Source of the DNA: Felis catus
Lineage: Eukaryota
Reading direction: 5' to 3'
Length of the DNA: 64,000 nucleotides
NCBI RefSeq assembly: GCF_018350175.1
Contig: NC_058368.1
Location: forward strand, 83,268,001-83,332,000
The position numbers and the translations under genes were made by a program. The notes beneath the pieces are model-generated. The model was not told where the DNA came from. It worked only from the letters and a program-made list of their open reading frames with translations, and ran no database searches. Below are positions 62,263 to 64,000 of the stretch, one piece after another (positions within the stretch are counted from its first letter, which is position 1; every line of letters begins with the position of its first letter).

Positions 62263-64000
62263 TTTTAAATTCTACCTTGTTGTATAGAAGTATTGTTAAT
62301 CTGGTTATCTGTTGACATTGTTTTGAATTATAGATGTCTCTCTATCTTCTCACTTTCAATCTGCAGGTGTTTTTATGTCTAAACTGGATGTCTTGATGGC
62401 AGAATATAGATGGGTCTTGTTTTTTTTATCCATTCTGTCACCCCATGTCTTTTAATTGGAACATTTAACCCATTTACATTGAGAGTAATTAATGATAGAT
62501 ATGCATTTATTGTCATTTTATTACATTATTTGTGTTTGTTTCTGAAAATTTTCTCTGATCTTTTCTTTCTCCCTTTTGTGGTTTGCCAATTTTCTTTAGT
62601 AACAAATATACCTGGATTTTTTACTCTTTATTCATTTCATATTACTGGTTTTTGAGATACAGTTACTGTTAGGTTTGTGTATAACCTCTTGCACATATAT
62701 CAATCTACATTAAATTGATGGTCATTTAAGTGTGAACCCGTTATTTACTCCCCCTACCCCAAGTTCTAGGAATATGTTACTTTATTTTATATACTTTTTT
62801 GTAAGTTTCTTGACTGATTTTTACAGAAATATTCATTTTTATTTCTTTTGTGTTTTATACCTCTATACTGTCACTTCTGATGTCTCCTTTTACTCTTAAA
62901 GTATCTCTTTTATTATTTCTTATAGAGCTTGTTTAGTGGGCATGAAGTCCTTTAGATTTTGTTTGTCTAGAAATTCTTTATCTCTCTTTCTATTCTGAAT
63001 GATAGCCTTCCGGGATACAGTATTCTTGGCTGTACTTTTTTTCCCATTTAGCATTTTGAATACATCATGCCACTCACTTCTGTCTTGCCAAATTTACGTT
63101 GCAAGATGTGTAGCTAGCCAGGGTCTTACCTTGTAAGTTAAGAATTTCTTTTGTCTTTTGTTTTTAATTTTTTTTTTAATTTACCACTATATTTTGCAAA
63201 TCTAATTACAATATGCCTTGATGTTGTTGTTGTTTTTTTAATTCTGTTGGGGGTCTTCTGTGACTTCTGGATCTGAATATTTGTTTCCTTCCCAAGATTT
63301 GAGAAGTTTTCAGCTATTATTTATTCAAATAAATGTTCTTTTCTCTTTCTCTCTCTTCTTCTTTTGGGACTCCTATAATAGGAATATTATTATATTTGAT
63401 GGAATCACTGAGTTTCCTAAGTCTATTCTGTTCCATAATTATTTTCTCTTTCTTATGTTCAGCTTGATTATTTTCCATTATTCTGTCTTGTAGGTCACTA
63501 ATTCATTTCTCTACCTCTTCCATCATCCATCTGTTCACATGTTCATTCCATCAAGTATGTTTCTCATTTCATTTATTGTGCTCTTTATCTCTAATATATT
63601 ATTCCTTATCTCTGTATTATGGGTCTCACTCAGGTCCCCTAGTCTTTTCTAAGTCTAGGGAGTATTCTTATGATCACTGGTTTAATGCTCTATCAGGCAT
63701 GTTACTTGTATCTCTTTCACTTAGATCTGAATGTGGCCTTGTTCTGTTCTTTCCTTTGTGATCAATTTTTTTGCCTCCTCATTTTGTCTGCTTCTCTTTG
63801 TTTCTGTGTGTTAACAAGACCATGTATTCTTTCTGCCCTTAAACTTAGTGACTCTATGAAGAAGTCATGGAATGTTGTGCAGTGCAGTGTCCAGAACCAG
63901 AACCTGGCACTTCAGGAGAGTATCCTATGTGTGTTTCTTGGACCATGCTATCATGTCTGAGTCAATTTACTTTCAGTTCAGTCATCTGCACTGATCCCCT

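Larger units (their letters stand above)
57690..64000 (-). mobile_element. Older carnivore L1 running off the window end (3'UTR to 5'UTR), with ERV, SINE and microsatellite insertions and an internal RT-region deletion at ~60910
   Basis: Track 58060..58317 and 60323..60538 are ORF2 peptides; antisense ORF1 at 62880-63800; 63920-64000 matches 10372-10440. Confidence 0.9.

Noticed and set aside
1..64000. CRISPR-like arrays, satellite arrays or prokaryotic systems
   Set aside because: No regularly spaced repeat-spacer structure; all repetition is explained by L1, SINE, LTR and microsatellites

Overview
Mammalian, almost certainly felid, genomic DNA made up nearly entirely of retrotransposon remains. 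The carnivore tRNA-derived Can-SINEs include two very young, cat-type copies, and the young L1s are of the L1_Fc type. I see no supportable host gene, RNA gene or CRISPR array. Every long ORF in the track is a fragment of L1 ORF1/ORF2 or an antisense shadow of L1 or SINE sequence. The window holds L1s of several ages. These include a full-length copy with TSDs (3530-9487), a second near-full-length copy with a different 5'UTR (~25674-32320), a 5'-inverted (twin-primed) copy with a perfect TSD (42619-47663) and older minus-strand copies. It also holds about 17 Can-SINEs, a solo-LTR-like element, a 5'-deleted class II (betaretrovirus-like) ERV remnant with env tail, PPT and LTR, an L2, a MIR and microsatellites. 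I found no evidence of a new biological system. The most interesting signals are insertion-history ones: a probable retrocopy of a cellular transcript carrying a MIR inside a younger L1 (~16132-16866), the ERV env remnant, twin-priming structures and small template-switch scars. Subfamily names are from memory of consensus sequences, not from a search, and boundaries of old elements are approximate.
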